From Deltaproteobacteria bacterium (lineage in GTDB: Bacteria; Desulfobacterota_D; UBA1144; Nemesobacterales; CSP1-2): a DNA stretch of 64,000 nt. Under the pieces are notes generated by a model. That model searched no databases, had not been told where the DNA came from, and was given only the letters and a program-made list of their open reading frames with translations. The stretch covers positions 5,327-69,326 of the forward strand of contig JACPIY010000104.1 of the NCBI GenBank assembly GCA_016187835.1. Reading direction: 5' to 3'. The position numbers and the translations under genes are program-made. Positions within the stretch are counted from its first letter, which is position 1. Every line of letters starts with the position of its first letter. This document shows, in pieces, positions 29,696-40,047 of this stretch.

Positions 29696-30583
29696 TTGAT
29701 CCTTGAAATCATGCCGCAAGAAATTATTGACATAGAAGCCGCCTTAAGGCTTAAGCTTTTTTCATTTCGCACTCCATCTCAGGTAAAAAATCTGAAGGCC
29801 GGTATTCATAAAAGTCCTTACAAAGGTATAAGTCCAGACTTTCTTGAATATAAAGAGTATTCTCAGGGAGATGAACTGAAACACATTGATTGGCGTCTCT
29901 ATGGTAGGCTTGATCGCTTATACGTAAAAAAGTTTGAAGACGAGGTGAATTTAAGCTGGTGCATACTAATTGATAGAAGCGGTTCTATGGGTTATGGATC
30001 AGAAGAAAAAACCAAGCTTGACTATGCCATAAGGCTTTCAGCAACTCTTGCCTATCTTCTGCTTAAACAGGGTGATGCGGTAGGAATAGCCGATTTCTGC
30101 GATAATGATATAGACATACTTCTACCCCGTCCGGGAATATCAACTATTACGCCAATAATAGAAAAACTAAAATCCCTAAAGCCAAATGGTAAAACCATAC
30201 TCAAAGAGCCAGTTTTAAGGGCAATAGAAAAGATGAGTATGGATACAGCTTTTGTTGTAGTATCCGATTTGTTTATGGACTTGGCTTCAATTGAGGAATC
30301 CCTTAAACTCCTTCGGTCATCGAAAAAAGAAGTAGTTGCTTTTCATGTACTCCATCCAGATGAAATAGAGTTCAACTTTTATGGATCAATTGAGTTTGAG
30401 GATATGGAAGAAAAGACGAAGGTTCTTGTTGATGCCGGAAGCATCAGAGAAGCTTATATAAAAAGGATAAAAGATTTTACCGAAAAATTAAAACTTCTAT
30501 TCTATCAGAACAAATCAAGGTACGTGTTTTCTCCGTCTAACATTCCAATTGAGGATGCTCTTCTTCAGATTGCAGATAAGTAG
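29696..30583 (+). CDS. DUF58 domain protein (vWA-like)
   Basis: 295 aa; DUF58 core EYKEYSQGDELKHIDWRLYGRLDRLYVKKFEDE; alternative ATG start at 29711. Confidence 0.8.
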   Translation: MILEIMPQEIIDIEAALRLKLFSFRTPSQVKNLKAGIHKSPYKGISPDFLEYKEYSQGDELKHIDWRLYGRLDRLYVKKFEDEVNLSWCILIDRSGSMGYGSEEKTKLDYAIRLSATLAYLLLKQGDAVGIADFCDNDIDILLPRPGISTITPIIEKLKSLKPNGKTILKEPVLRAIEKMSMDTAFVVVSDLFMDLASIEESLKLLRSSKKEVVAFHVLHPDEIEFNFYGSIEFEDMEEKTKVLVDAGSIREAYIKRIKDFTEKLKLLFYQNKSRYVFSPSNIPIEDALLQIADK

Positions 30584-30592
30584 GAGGAAGAA

Positions 30593-32545
30593 TTGAATTT
30601 CTCCTTTTTAAATCCACTATTCTTGATAGGTCTTTTGGCAGTTGCGCTTCCTGTTATAGCGCATTTCATATCCAGAAAAAGTGGATTCAAAAAAAGTTTT
30701 TCCGCTGTGTCTTTTCTTTTGGCTTCTCAGGGAGAGATAGCAAGAAAATCAAAAATTAAAGACTTATTTTTGCTTCTTCTTAGGTCTTTGATCCTGGTAC
30801 TGCTCGTTCTTGTATTTTCAAAACCCGCCGTTTTCTCGTTTTCGAGCGTGGACTTAGAAGGTGCAAAATCCGTTGCTATTGTAGTTGATAATTCTTACAG
30901 CATGGGCTACGGTGATAATTTTAAGATAGCAAAGAAGAAAGCTGAAAAGTTAATAGACTCCCTTGCAGATGGAAGTTTTGGGGTGGTTTTTCCTCTCGTC
31001 TCAAATGACGATACAAAGCCCGAAATCAGACAAGACAAGAAGAAGATGAAAGAAGATTTAAAAAATCTAAAGCTTTCATACTCCTTTGCCGATAATGTAA
31101 GGAGACTTGAAGAGATATTTGGCCACCTTCAAAAAGCATCTATTCAGAAGAAAGAGGTAATACTCATTACCGATCTTCAAAAAAACGGCTGGAATTGGGA
31201 AAACTTTCAGAGAGAATGGATCACTACGATCGATATTACTCCAGGCGTAAACATGGGGAACCATGCCGTATCCGGAATAGACTTTAAAGAACAAGAAGAT
31301 TCAATAAAGATTGCGGTTAGAGTATCTAACTATTCAAATATTCCCGTTAATAAGCTGCTTGCTACAGTTTCTCTAGGCGATCAGCAGATAAACGGTTTTT
31401 TTGAGATACAGCAAGGGGACGAGGCCATAAAGGAATTCATCTTTCCTAAAGAGAAGCTTTCTAGCTCTGAAATACAGGGTAGAGTTGAAACCTCTCCTGA
31501 TAATCTCAAAGTAGATGATGTTAGATACTTTGTCCTTCCTAGAACGGAGGGACTTCATGTCCTTATCGTTGACGGAGACCCGAGAGAAGATGCAAGGCTC
31601 AGCGAAACATACTACCTCGCACGAGCCGTTGAGACGATTTCCGAGATATTGCCGCTTAATATAGTTATAAAAGATAACGATGCTTTCCTCGATGATGATT
31701 TGGGGAAATATAATATGATCTTTCTGGCAAACGTTGGAGATATAACTCCGCAAAAGTCCCAAGAGGTAGAGAAATTTTTAAGAGAAGGAGGAACAGTTAT
31801 AATATTCACTGGAGATCGGGTAAAAAGCAGCGTGTATAACACGCTCTTTAATATACTTCCTGCAGAGCTAAGAGCGGTCTCAGAGAACAATTATTCTCTC
31901 AGGACAAATGATTCGAACAACTCCTTATCAAAAACAAATGAAAAATTCAGTCAGGTAGTGGTAAGAAAGTTTTTTAATCTACAACCGTTTAAAGATTCTC
32001 AAATGATTATAACTGCTTCAGACAACTCTCCATTTCTTATTAACAAAGAAATCGGAAACGGAAGCATATTTCTGTTTGCTTCATCCGCTGACACAAGCTG
32101 GAACAATTTACCTATCACACCGGTTTTTCTCCCAACTATAAAAGAAATATTCGACTTGACACAGAACACTCAATCTAATAGAAGAAACTTTGTCGTGGGA
32201 GACGCACTTGAAAGTGAATTTTCCAAACTAGCGAATGGAGCAAAAATTCTAACTCCCTCAGGGGAAACATTTAAGCTCTCCAAAGAAAACCCCAAATTCC
32301 TAAAAAACCTTGTACCCGGAATTTACACTGTGGAAAAGTCGGGGAATTCTAGCCGCAAGTTTTCCCTAAATACCGATCCAAGAGAATCCGATCTCAAGAA
32401 GATTTCTTTGGAAACCGTTTCCGCTCAAGCCGATGTGAATAACGGGCTTGTTAAGGTTTTTAATGAGATATGGATTTACTTTTTTTGGGGATTAATCGCA
32501 CTCTTTATTTCAGAGTCAGTTTATAGAGTTTTATATTCAAAATAG
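30593..32545 (+). CDS. BatA-like aerotolerance-family membrane protein (N-terminal double-TM plus vWA-like region)
   Basis: 650 aa; N-terminus MNFSFLNPLFLIGLLAVALPVIAHF typical of BatA/DUF4159 proteins; C-terminal TM. Confidence 0.65.
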   Translation: MNFSFLNPLFLIGLLAVALPVIAHFISRKSGFKKSFSAVSFLLASQGEIARKSKIKDLFLLLLRSLILVLLVLVFSKPAVFSFSSVDLEGAKSVAIVVDNSYSMGYGDNFKIAKKKAEKLIDSLADGSFGVVFPLVSNDDTKPEIRQDKKKMKEDLKNLKLSYSFADNVRRLEEIFGHLQKASIQKKEVILITDLQKNGWNWENFQREWITTIDITPGVNMGNHAVSGIDFKEQEDSIKIAVRVSNYSNIPVNKLLATVSLGDQQINGFFEIQQGDEAIKEFIFPKEKLSSSEIQGRVETSPDNLKVDDVRYFVLPRTEGLHVLIVDGDPREDARLSETYYLARAVETISEILPLNIVIKDNDAFLDDDLGKYNMIFLANVGDITPQKSQEVEKFLREGGTVIIFTGDRVKSSVYNTLFNILPAELRAVSENNYSLRTNDSNNSLSKTNEKFSQVVVRKFFNLQPFKDSQMIITASDNSPFLINKEIGNGSIFLFASSADTSWNNLPITPVFLPTIKEIFDLTQNTQSNRRNFVVGDALESEFSKLANGAKILTPSGETFKLSKENPKFLKNLVPGIYTVEKSGNSSRKFSLNTDPRESDLKKISLETVSAQADVNNGLVKVFNEIWIYFFWGLIALFISESVYRVLYSK

Positions 32546-32684
32546 TGGTAATTACGGTTGAAGGATAGTTTAAGATTTGGCAACGAGTTTCTTCGCCAAG
32601 CTCAGGACAGGCTCGTAACCACCAAGACAGGTGGTCTAACTAAGTTTCTCAATATTGATTATGTCATATCCAATTCACCTCAGC

Positions 32685-34097
32685 TCACTCAACTAAACTG
32701 ACCCCATCTATTCCTTGAGGAATAGTACGACCGAGAAGACGAAGTACTGTAGGATATATATCCACCGTTCTCACAAACTCTTTTTTAATTTTTGTGTTTA
32801 GACATAGTGGAACCACAATGTGTTCACGAAAAAGCGCGCCGTGTGAGGAACAGTGTTCAGGTTTTTCATGCTTTGCCCTAAGATCAAAACCTTGCTTTGC
32901 ACTAACTAGCAATTCACCTGAGCGAGGGGATTCAAGAAGCTGAATTAGTTGAAGAAGTGCATCCGGATAATTTGTGTAAAAACTATGTTTAAGTGTTTCA
33001 TCCAAATCCATCTTATGAGGAAACCCATTATATCCAAAAGGATCGCTATGAATCCGCTCGTACAGCAAATAGCCGTCGCTATCCAACCAAGATAAAGCCT
33101 CTCCTCTTTCACTTTTAATCCTCACTCTACCGTTTTCATCGAGTCCTGCCACAATGTCAACTTCAGGCCTTTCAAGAAGACGATCAACAACTTGAGAGAT
33201 TTCTTCAAAAGTGCTTCTTCTCCCCCAGCCCTCAGGGCTTTTTATATATAGATGGGTCATGGCATTTCCCGAAACCATATTTGCAGCATCAGCATCCCTG
33301 AAGTATTTGAATATGTTAGGATAGTAAAAGGTCTTAAAACCGAGCCGATTCATAAATTCCAATGAGTCAAAATGCGAGTGGGTTTGGGTAAGGCCGTGAT
33401 CGCTTGTAATAATAAGAAGGGTTTCATCTAATCTTCCCTCTCCCTCTAAAGCCTTTCCAAGAAGTCCTACACTTTCATCAATTCTAAGATATGACTCTAT
33501 TACCTTATTGTGAAACGGATGATTTAGATGAGAGTAGGTATCAATCCCCAGAAATACTACATAAGTAAACTGTGGAGAGTCCTTCAAAGAACGAAGAAGG
33601 ATTCTTCTCACCGCAATATCAACTTCATCACAGCGATTGGTAAAATGGCTCTTAATCTTATAGTAGATTCTTAAAAATCTGGTTTTATCTCCATTAACGC
33701 CAACTCCACGTGACAGTTCGTTTAATATGCTTACATTCTGAGGGAACATCTCAAAAAGCGTTGGTGTATCTTTAGAAATGTCCCGGTTCATGAGAAAGCC
33801 TTCAATCCCTACATAGCTTCTTGCCCTATATGGAGAAAAAATCTTTTTTGAATAAAGCTTTCTATCAAACCACCTAATACCTGGGAGATTACATCTTCCT
33901 GGAAACCTTCCCATTATAAATGGGGCATAAGCAGGACCAGTAGTAGAAGGAAAAACAGAAACAGCGTTCCTAAAAGTCCCTTTTTCCGCTAAGTATTTTG
34001 ATACATTGGGCAGATCTCCTCGTCCTAGAAGCTCCTGAAACACATCTGCCCTTGCTCCATCTGCCATTATAAATATGCAACTTTTAAATTCCCCCAT
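32685..34097 (-). CDS. alkaline-phosphatase superfamily protein (type I phosphodiesterase/nucleotide pyrophosphatase family)
   Basis: 470 aa; metal-ligand segments IFIMADGARADVF and ITSDHGLTQTHSHFD. Confidence 0.7.
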   Translation of the reverse strand: MGEFKSCIFIMADGARADVFQELLGRGDLPNVSKYLAEKGTFRNAVSVFPSTTGPAYAPFIMGRFPGRCNLPGIRWFDRKLYSKKIFSPYRARSYVGIEGFLMNRDISKDTPTLFEMFPQNVSILNELSRGVGVNGDKTRFLRIYYKIKSHFTNRCDEVDIAVRRILLRSLKDSPQFTYVVFLGIDTYSHLNHPFHNKVIESYLRIDESVGLLGKALEGEGRLDETLLIITSDHGLTQTHSHFDSLEFMNRLGFKTFYYPNIFKYFRDADAANMVSGNAMTHLYIKSPEGWGRRSTFEEISQVVDRLLERPEVDIVAGLDENGRVRIKSERGEALSWLDSDGYLLYERIHSDPFGYNGFPHKMDLDETLKHSFYTNYPDALLQLIQLLESPRSGELLVSAKQGFDLRAKHEKPEHCSSHGALFREHIVVPLCLNTKIKKEFVRTVDIYPTVLRLLGRTIPQGIDGVSLVE

Positions 34098-34207
34098 CCC
34101 TCCTCCTAATGAAATCGCTGGCCATTAACGAACACTAATTTATATTGATAAAACGATACAAGATGCACGATTTATTAAGGTTTTTACTTGCATCCTGTAT
34201 CCCGCAT

Positions 34208-34235
34208 CGTTCGACTGAGCTCACGACGAAGTCTT
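34208..34235. repeat. 28-nt intergenic repeat (copy 2, inverted orientation)
   Basis: Reverse complement AGACTTCGTCGTGAGCTCAGTCGAACGA; located between the phosphodiesterase gene and glnE. Confidence 0.6.
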
Positions 34236-34269
34236 GCATCCTGCCTATTTTCATTCTTGTACATTCACG

Positions 34270-37095
34270 TCAATTCATGGCTAAATCTTCAGAAAAATAC
34301 TCCTCATAAATTTTCCTTATTTCATCAGTCTTTGAGAGATATATTTCTCTCAACTTATCCCCGTTTTCTTTCATATCAAGCTCCAGTGCGAGTTTATGGA
34401 AATCGTTCTCATAGAGTTCGCTTGTAGACCCGTCATGGAAAAGTCTAAGTAGGTTTTCCAGTTTTTTCAGAAAATTAAGTCCTTCTTTTAGTATTGAAAA
34501 TGCTCTCTCTTCTATCAATCCACACTCCCTTAATTCGTGAAGAGCCTCAAGACTATTTTGCTTTCTCACCTCCTCATAATCATATCCGAATCTAAGCTGA
34601 AGCATCTGAATAAGAAATTCAATATCCACTATCCCTCCCCTTCCTGTTTTAAGATTTAACTTGAGCTTACTTTCCTTTGCTATTTCCTTCTCCATTCGGG
34701 AGCGAAGATGATGAATCTCTGTATGAAAATCTTCACCAAGCGGTTTTTCATAGACGAAATACTCAACTGTTTTCATAACCCTTTTTCCCAAATCTGTGTT
34801 TCCTGCAGTCGGTCTTGCCCTAATAAGAGCCTGTCTCTCCCAAAGCTTCGCGCTATCCTCATGGTACTTTTTAAAAGATTCAAATGATGTAACAAGCGCT
34901 CCCGATCTTCCAGATGGCCTAAGTCCCATATCAATCTTATAGGCTAAGCCTTCTCCAGTCGGAGTTGAGAGGACCGATATCATTTTCTGTCCAAGTCTTG
35001 AGAAGAACTCGTGGTCATCTCCTTCGTAGAGAAAAATAATGTCAAGATCGGAGTTATAACTCATCTCCCTTCCACCCAGTTTGCCCATACCAATTACTAC
35101 AATATCGGAGGCTTTATTTTTGCCTCTCGGTTTCCGCCCAATAACATCACTCGCAAGCGAAAGACCCGCCTCCATTATGGACTCGGCAAGCATAGATAGA
35201 TAGTTACCAACGTAAGACGGCTCTACTTCACGATTTAAATCCCTGAGACAGAGCCTCAGCGTCTCTACATGTTTAAATCTTCTCAGTGCATCGAGTTTAC
35301 CCTCTAAATCTTGCTCTTCATCCAAAACCCTTTGAAGTTCTTCCAACATTTCTTCCTTTGAACCGAATTCTTTCCATACGTCTTTGAGCGTAACCACGTC
35401 TAAGTATTCGGGATGTTTTATCAAAAAACTTGAAAGATACCCGCTCGTTGCAAAGAGTCTAGAGAGCAACTCAAGTATCTCAGGGTTTTCCGCAAGCATT
35501 GCATAAATGGATGTGCGGAATCTAATCCCGGATATGAAACGCTCAAGATTACGAAGTGCCGCATCAGGATCGGGTGAGTTTATGATCTTGCTTAAAAAAG
35601 CAGGAATTATTTTTCTTATAAAGCTCCTTCCTCTTTGTGTAAGTCCACCTTTTTTTGTATCAAGAAGCACGCCTATAAGTTCAATTGCAGTGTCAGGATA
35701 CTTAAATCCCAGCTTTCTTAAATTCTCTATTGCTTCATCATGGGCAACATGACCTTCCGTTAAGAAATCAGCCAGTTCCCAAAACTCTTTTCCCTCCTCC
35801 TCAATCCTTCTTGACCGTTCATAAAAAAGCTGGTCATAATTTCTTGAGACCTGAGATGTCATTTTGTCGTATTCCTCTTCAAATTCTTCTTTATCCCTAA
35901 AACCCAATCTTTTTGCGAGTTTTTCGAGGTCACCGGGATCCTCGGGTATTTTGTGAGTTTGGATCTCATCCACCAACTGAATGGTATGCTCGACTTTTCT
36001 TAAAAATAGATATGATGAAGTTAGTGATTGATACACATCCTTTTCAATCATCCTGTTTCTAAAGAGTCTTTCCAGCGCTCTCAGGGTAGATTTTTCTCTA
36101 ATGTCATTGATGGCTCCGCCATTTACCAGCTGAATTGCCTGCACAAAAAACTCTATCTCCCTTATTCCACCTTTTCCCAGCTTCACATCCTGTTTCTTGT
36201 GAAGTCTATCGAGCTTGGTTTTCATATCCTTTAAGTCTTCAATAGACGCATAATCGAGAAACTTCTTATAGACAAAAGGCTCAATCTCTTTATTGAACTT
36301 TTCTCCGAGCGAAATGTCTCCAGCAACGGGCCTTGCCTTTATAAGGGCGGCTCGCTCCCACGTATCTCCCCAGTAAAAGTAGTGCTCAAGGGCACCATCC
36401 AATGAAACCGCAATGGCGCTTTTCCCACCCCCAGGACGAAGTCCCAGGTCAACTCTATATATAAAACCATCCTGAGTAATGGAACTGAGTGATTTTGTAA
36501 CTCTTTCAGAAAGCTTGAAGAAAGGGTCAGGGTTTCCTGTGTTTTCATAAATATAAATCAGGTCAATATCTGAGCTTAGATTGAGTTCTCTTCCACCGAG
36601 CTTTCCCATTGCTATAATCGAAAACCTTCCGTTATTCTCAATCTGAATTTCCTTCTTAAAAAATCTACATGCCGATTCGAGAATTCCGCTTGCCAAATCG
36701 GAAAGCTCTTCCATTATTTGGCAGAAATTTCCCATGTCCATGATGTCACGGTAAATGATTCTTGCAAGCTCTCTATATTTATAGCGCCTTAACTGAGCCA
36801 TTAGATCTTCTGCCGACTTAGAACGAGCAGCCATATTGCTAGACTCTTCAAGCATTTTCTCAAACGGTTTTTGTCTGGTGAGAAAATCGGATTTGAAAAA
36901 CACCTCTAAAATTTCAGGGTCTTTTATTATAGCCCTTCCAAGGAAACGGCTGTAAGAGGAGAGTAAATATAGAATTTCTTTTTTCTTAGGGGAGAGTCCT
37001 TTGTGGAACTCCTTAAAAAGCTCTACTGTATTTTTTGCGTTCTCCGGGTCGGGAAAAGTTCTACTCAACTTTAATCTTCCTCGTCTTTTTCCCAC
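34270..37095 (-). CDS. glnE: bifunctional glutamine synthetase adenylyltransferase/adenylyl-removing enzyme
   Basis: 941 aa with two nucleotidyltransferase domains (GKLGGRELNLSSDIDLIYIYE and GMGKLGGREMSYNSDLDIIFLYE). Confidence 0.9.
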   Translation of the reverse strand: MGKRRGRLKLSRTFPDPENAKNTVELFKEFHKGLSPKKKEILYLLSSYSRFLGRAIIKDPEILEVFFKSDFLTRQKPFEKMLEESSNMAARSKSAEDLMAQLRRYKYRELARIIYRDIMDMGNFCQIMEELSDLASGILESACRFFKKEIQIENNGRFSIIAMGKLGGRELNLSSDIDLIYIYENTGNPDPFFKLSERVTKSLSSITQDGFIYRVDLGLRPGGGKSAIAVSLDGALEHYFYWGDTWERAALIKARPVAGDISLGEKFNKEIEPFVYKKFLDYASIEDLKDMKTKLDRLHKKQDVKLGKGGIREIEFFVQAIQLVNGGAINDIREKSTLRALERLFRNRMIEKDVYQSLTSSYLFLRKVEHTIQLVDEIQTHKIPEDPGDLEKLAKRLGFRDKEEFEEEYDKMTSQVSRNYDQLFYERSRRIEEEGKEFWELADFLTEGHVAHDEAIENLRKLGFKYPDTAIELIGVLLDTKKGGLTQRGRSFIRKIIPAFLSKIINSPDPDAALRNLERFISGIRFRTSIYAMLAENPEILELLSRLFATSGYLSSFLIKHPEYLDVVTLKDVWKEFGSKEEMLEELQRVLDEEQDLEGKLDALRRFKHVETLRLCLRDLNREVEPSYVGNYLSMLAESIMEAGLSLASDVIGRKPRGKNKASDIVVIGMGKLGGREMSYNSDLDIIFLYEGDDHEFFSRLGQKMISVLSTPTGEGLAYKIDMGLRPSGRSGALVTSFESFKKYHEDSAKLWERQALIRARPTAGNTDLGKRVMKTVEYFVYEKPLGEDFHTEIHHLRSRMEKEIAKESKLKLNLKTGRGGIVDIEFLIQMLQLRFGYDYEEVRKQNSLEALHELRECGLIEERAFSILKEGLNFLKKLENLLRLFHDGSTSELYENDFHKLALELDMKENGDKLREIYLSKTDEIRKIYEEYFSEDLAMN

Positions 37096-37348
37096 GAGTT
37101 TTGGGTCTAGTAGTCTTTCTTTCCTGTTGTGATTTTAGAATATCAGCCAAGTCCGTCATAAGATTGAATCCTCTTCTAATAGACTTCCCGGCAACATCGT
37201 AAATAAGTTTTCTACCTCCGCCCTCTCTTAGAAGGTTCTTCATCCCTTTTAGCGCAAACCCACTACCTATTATCCACTCGGTAGTGGCTCTGATAAAATG
37301 GTCTCTTGCCTTTTTGAGGTCACTTACTTCATTTTTCTTTTTAACCAT
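37061..37348 (-). CDS. hypothetical small basic protein (95 aa), overlaps annotated glnE start by 35 nt
   Basis: ORF only; Lys/Arg-rich C-terminal tail RPKTRGKKTRKIKVE; no recognisable family. Confidence 0.35.
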   Translation of the reverse strand: MVKKKNEVSDLKKARDHFIRATTEWIIGSGFALKGMKNLLREGGGRKLIYDVAGKSIRRGFNLMTDLADILKSQQERKTTRPKTRGKKTRKIKVE

Positions 37349-37520
37349 TTCCCACCCCTTTTAAAATATGTAATTTTAAATCTTTACAAAAAGCGAATCC
37401 CACTTTCAATAAACAAATTTTACCATAAACCTATTGATATATTGATGATAGTTAACAAAATTTCGGTGTAGAGAACTATTGTAAGGGTGCACCACCCAGC
37501 GCCCATACTATGTAACATCT

Positions 37521-39971
37521 TTAGCTAAAACTAATCGGGTCAACGTCAACCGAAACTTTAACCCTGCCGGAATTCCTAGAAAAAAAATTTATAAGCTGCT
37601 TCGAGAACTTGTGGAGCGTATTTAGATTGGAAGATTTTAAAAGCATCTGCCACCTGTATTGGTTTCTTATCTTATATACCGGAGAAGGGGATGGTCCGAG
37701 AATACTCATTGTCCCTATAGGAAGATTTGACATTAATTTTCTTGCGGCATCCCCTGCCCTCTTAGCCACATCCACTGTCTCGGATTCAATGTTCCCCTGA
37801 AACCTGAGATTTACCAGCCTTGAAAACGGTGGATAATTCAACTCCTCCCGGAGTTGCAACTCCTCATTTAAAAATCCTTTACTATCCTGTTCTACAGCAA
37901 AACGGATGCTGGGATGCTCAGGGTTATAGGTCTGAACTACAACCCTGCCAGGTTCGTCTCCTCTTCCCGCTCGTCCTGCAACCTGAGTAACCAACTGAAA
38001 TGTTCTCTCTCCCGCCCTGAAGTCAGGAATGCCAAGAGAAAGGTCGGCAGAAATCACGCCGACAAGAGTTACTCCGGGAAGATCATGTCCCTTTGCAACC
38101 ATCTGAGTACCAACAAGAACGTCTATCTCCTTTTTCTCAAGCTTCTCATAGAGCTTTAGAAGTTTGAGTTTGCCAGAAATAGAATCTCTGTCCATCCTCG
38201 CTATCCGTGCCCCAGGAAGAATCCTTTTAATTTCCTCTTCCACCTTCTGAGTCCCCATACCAAGGCTTATCATGTTTTTGCCGCAATTTCTGCAACTCCT
38301 TAAAAACTGCTCGGTTAAACCACAGTAGTGACATCTTATAGAATCTTTTTTTACATGGTATGTAAGAGAAATGCTGCAGTTTGGGCAGGTAAGTATATCC
38401 CCGCAAGCCTGGCAGATTATGAGCGTTGAAAACCCTCGCCTGTTGAGAAAAAGAATAGTCTGTCTTCTTTCTCCAAAGTTTTCCTTTATAGCATCGCTAA
38501 GTTTTTGAGAAAATATAGCGGTCTTTTCATCTCTCATATCCGCTATCTCAACCTCTGGGAGAGGTCGGTCTTCGACTCTGAGTGGAAGAGAAAGATAAGC
38601 AAATTTCTCTTTGAGTGAATTGGCATAGGATTCAACCGAAGGAGTCGCAGAGCCAAGCACAACTACCGAGTTTGTCATCTTTCCCAAAACAAGAGACAAA
38701 TCCCGTGCATTGTAACACGGGGCTTCTTCCTGCTTGTAAGACGGTTCATGCTCCTCATCAACAACTATCATTCCCAAGTTCTTAAAAGGAGCAAATATTG
38801 CAGACCTTGCGCCGATAATTATTTTTACATTTCCCCGCCTCGCCATACGCCAGGCATCAAACCTCTCGCCGTCGCTGAGAGCGCTATGTATTACAGCTAC
38901 CTTTTTTCCAAATCTTCCACGAAATCTTTTGACAAGCTGCGGTGTAAGTGAGATTTCGGGAACAAGAACAACGGCTTCTTTGCCCTTTTTAATAACCCCA
39001 TCAATTACACGCAGATAGACCTCGGTTTTTCCGCTTCCCGTAACACCATGAAGGAGAAATGGCAAAAACCTGCCCCGTTTCACCGCTTCTCCTATTTTGT
39101 GGAAAGCGATTTCCTGATCAGGAGTGAGCCTGGGAGGTATTTCACGAGCAAAAAGTATGTCCGAAAACGGATCCCTGGAAACTTCTTCTCTCTTTACTCT
39201 AATAAGCCCTTTAGCTTCCAGCCATCTCATGTGGCGGCCTACATCGCCGAATATCTCTTTTATGTTTGAGTAGGGAACTCTCCTGTGAACAAGTACGAAA
39301 TCGAGAATCTCAGATTTAGCAGGATTTTTCTCTTTAAATTTATCATCCAAACTCACGTTTTTTTCTGCAACAACTATTTTCTCAAGCTTTAATTTAGGGT
39401 CAGATTTAAGCTCGTAGCTGAATTCAATTAGATTTCGCCGCCTCAGGGAATTTAAAAGTTCGTAGGTTGCGCCCTCTGCAATGCCAAAAAGCTTTTTAAC
39501 GGTGATTTCTTCAGAAATAGATAAAGTTTTGAGAATCAGTCTTTCTGTCTCGCTTAATTTATCTTTAGAACGTGAGATGGAAAAACTCGCCTCATTTGCT
39601 TTATCGAGTAATTTCTGTCCATTTTCAGTAATCTTAACAACCCTTTTGAGACCGATCCCCAACCCTGCCGGATGAGCGGCTTTGAGGACAATGCCAAGAG
39701 AGGTCAGATAATAATTTGCAATCCACTTTAAAAACTCTAGTCTCTTTTCATCAAAAAGCGGCTCTTCATCCACAATGTCTATTATTTCTTTTAGTATTAT
39801 TCCCTCAGGCGGCCTTCCAAATCCAACAATAAATCCAATAGCTTTTCTGTTCTTAAACGGAACCAAAACCCGCTTCCCTATCTCAAGCCCATCCTTAAGA
39901 TGGGTAGGGGCTGAATAGTGAAAAGTCTCTTCACTAGGAATAGGAACCGCGACTTCGATTGCTTCTTTCAT
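37521..39971 (-). CDS. priA: primosomal protein N' (replication restart helicase PriA)
   Basis: 816 aa; Walker A LLHGVTGSGKTEVY, DEEH box, and Cys4 zinc-binding cluster CQACGDILTCPNCS...CHYCG. Confidence 0.95.
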   Translation of the reverse strand: MKEAIEVAVPIPSEETFHYSAPTHLKDGLEIGKRVLVPFKNRKAIGFIVGFGRPPEGIILKEIIDIVDEEPLFDEKRLEFLKWIANYYLTSLGIVLKAAHPAGLGIGLKRVVKITENGQKLLDKANEASFSISRSKDKLSETERLILKTLSISEEITVKKLFGIAEGATYELLNSLRRRNLIEFSYELKSDPKLKLEKIVVAEKNVSLDDKFKEKNPAKSEILDFVLVHRRVPYSNIKEIFGDVGRHMRWLEAKGLIRVKREEVSRDPFSDILFAREIPPRLTPDQEIAFHKIGEAVKRGRFLPFLLHGVTGSGKTEVYLRVIDGVIKKGKEAVVLVPEISLTPQLVKRFRGRFGKKVAVIHSALSDGERFDAWRMARRGNVKIIIGARSAIFAPFKNLGMIVVDEEHEPSYKQEEAPCYNARDLSLVLGKMTNSVVVLGSATPSVESYANSLKEKFAYLSLPLRVEDRPLPEVEIADMRDEKTAIFSQKLSDAIKENFGERRQTILFLNRRGFSTLIICQACGDILTCPNCSISLTYHVKKDSIRCHYCGLTEQFLRSCRNCGKNMISLGMGTQKVEEEIKRILPGARIARMDRDSISGKLKLLKLYEKLEKKEIDVLVGTQMVAKGHDLPGVTLVGVISADLSLGIPDFRAGERTFQLVTQVAGRAGRGDEPGRVVVQTYNPEHPSIRFAVEQDSKGFLNEELQLREELNYPPFSRLVNLRFQGNIESETVDVAKRAGDAARKLMSNLPIGTMSILGPSPSPVYKIRNQYRWQMLLKSSNLNTLHKFSKQLINFFSRNSGRVKVSVDVDPISFS

Positions 39972-40047
39972 TGATGTTGGAGAGTGTAAATTGTTTTGAA
40001 ACGGGATTCAATCGCTTTACCAAGTCCTCTGGACTGCTCAGTCTGAT

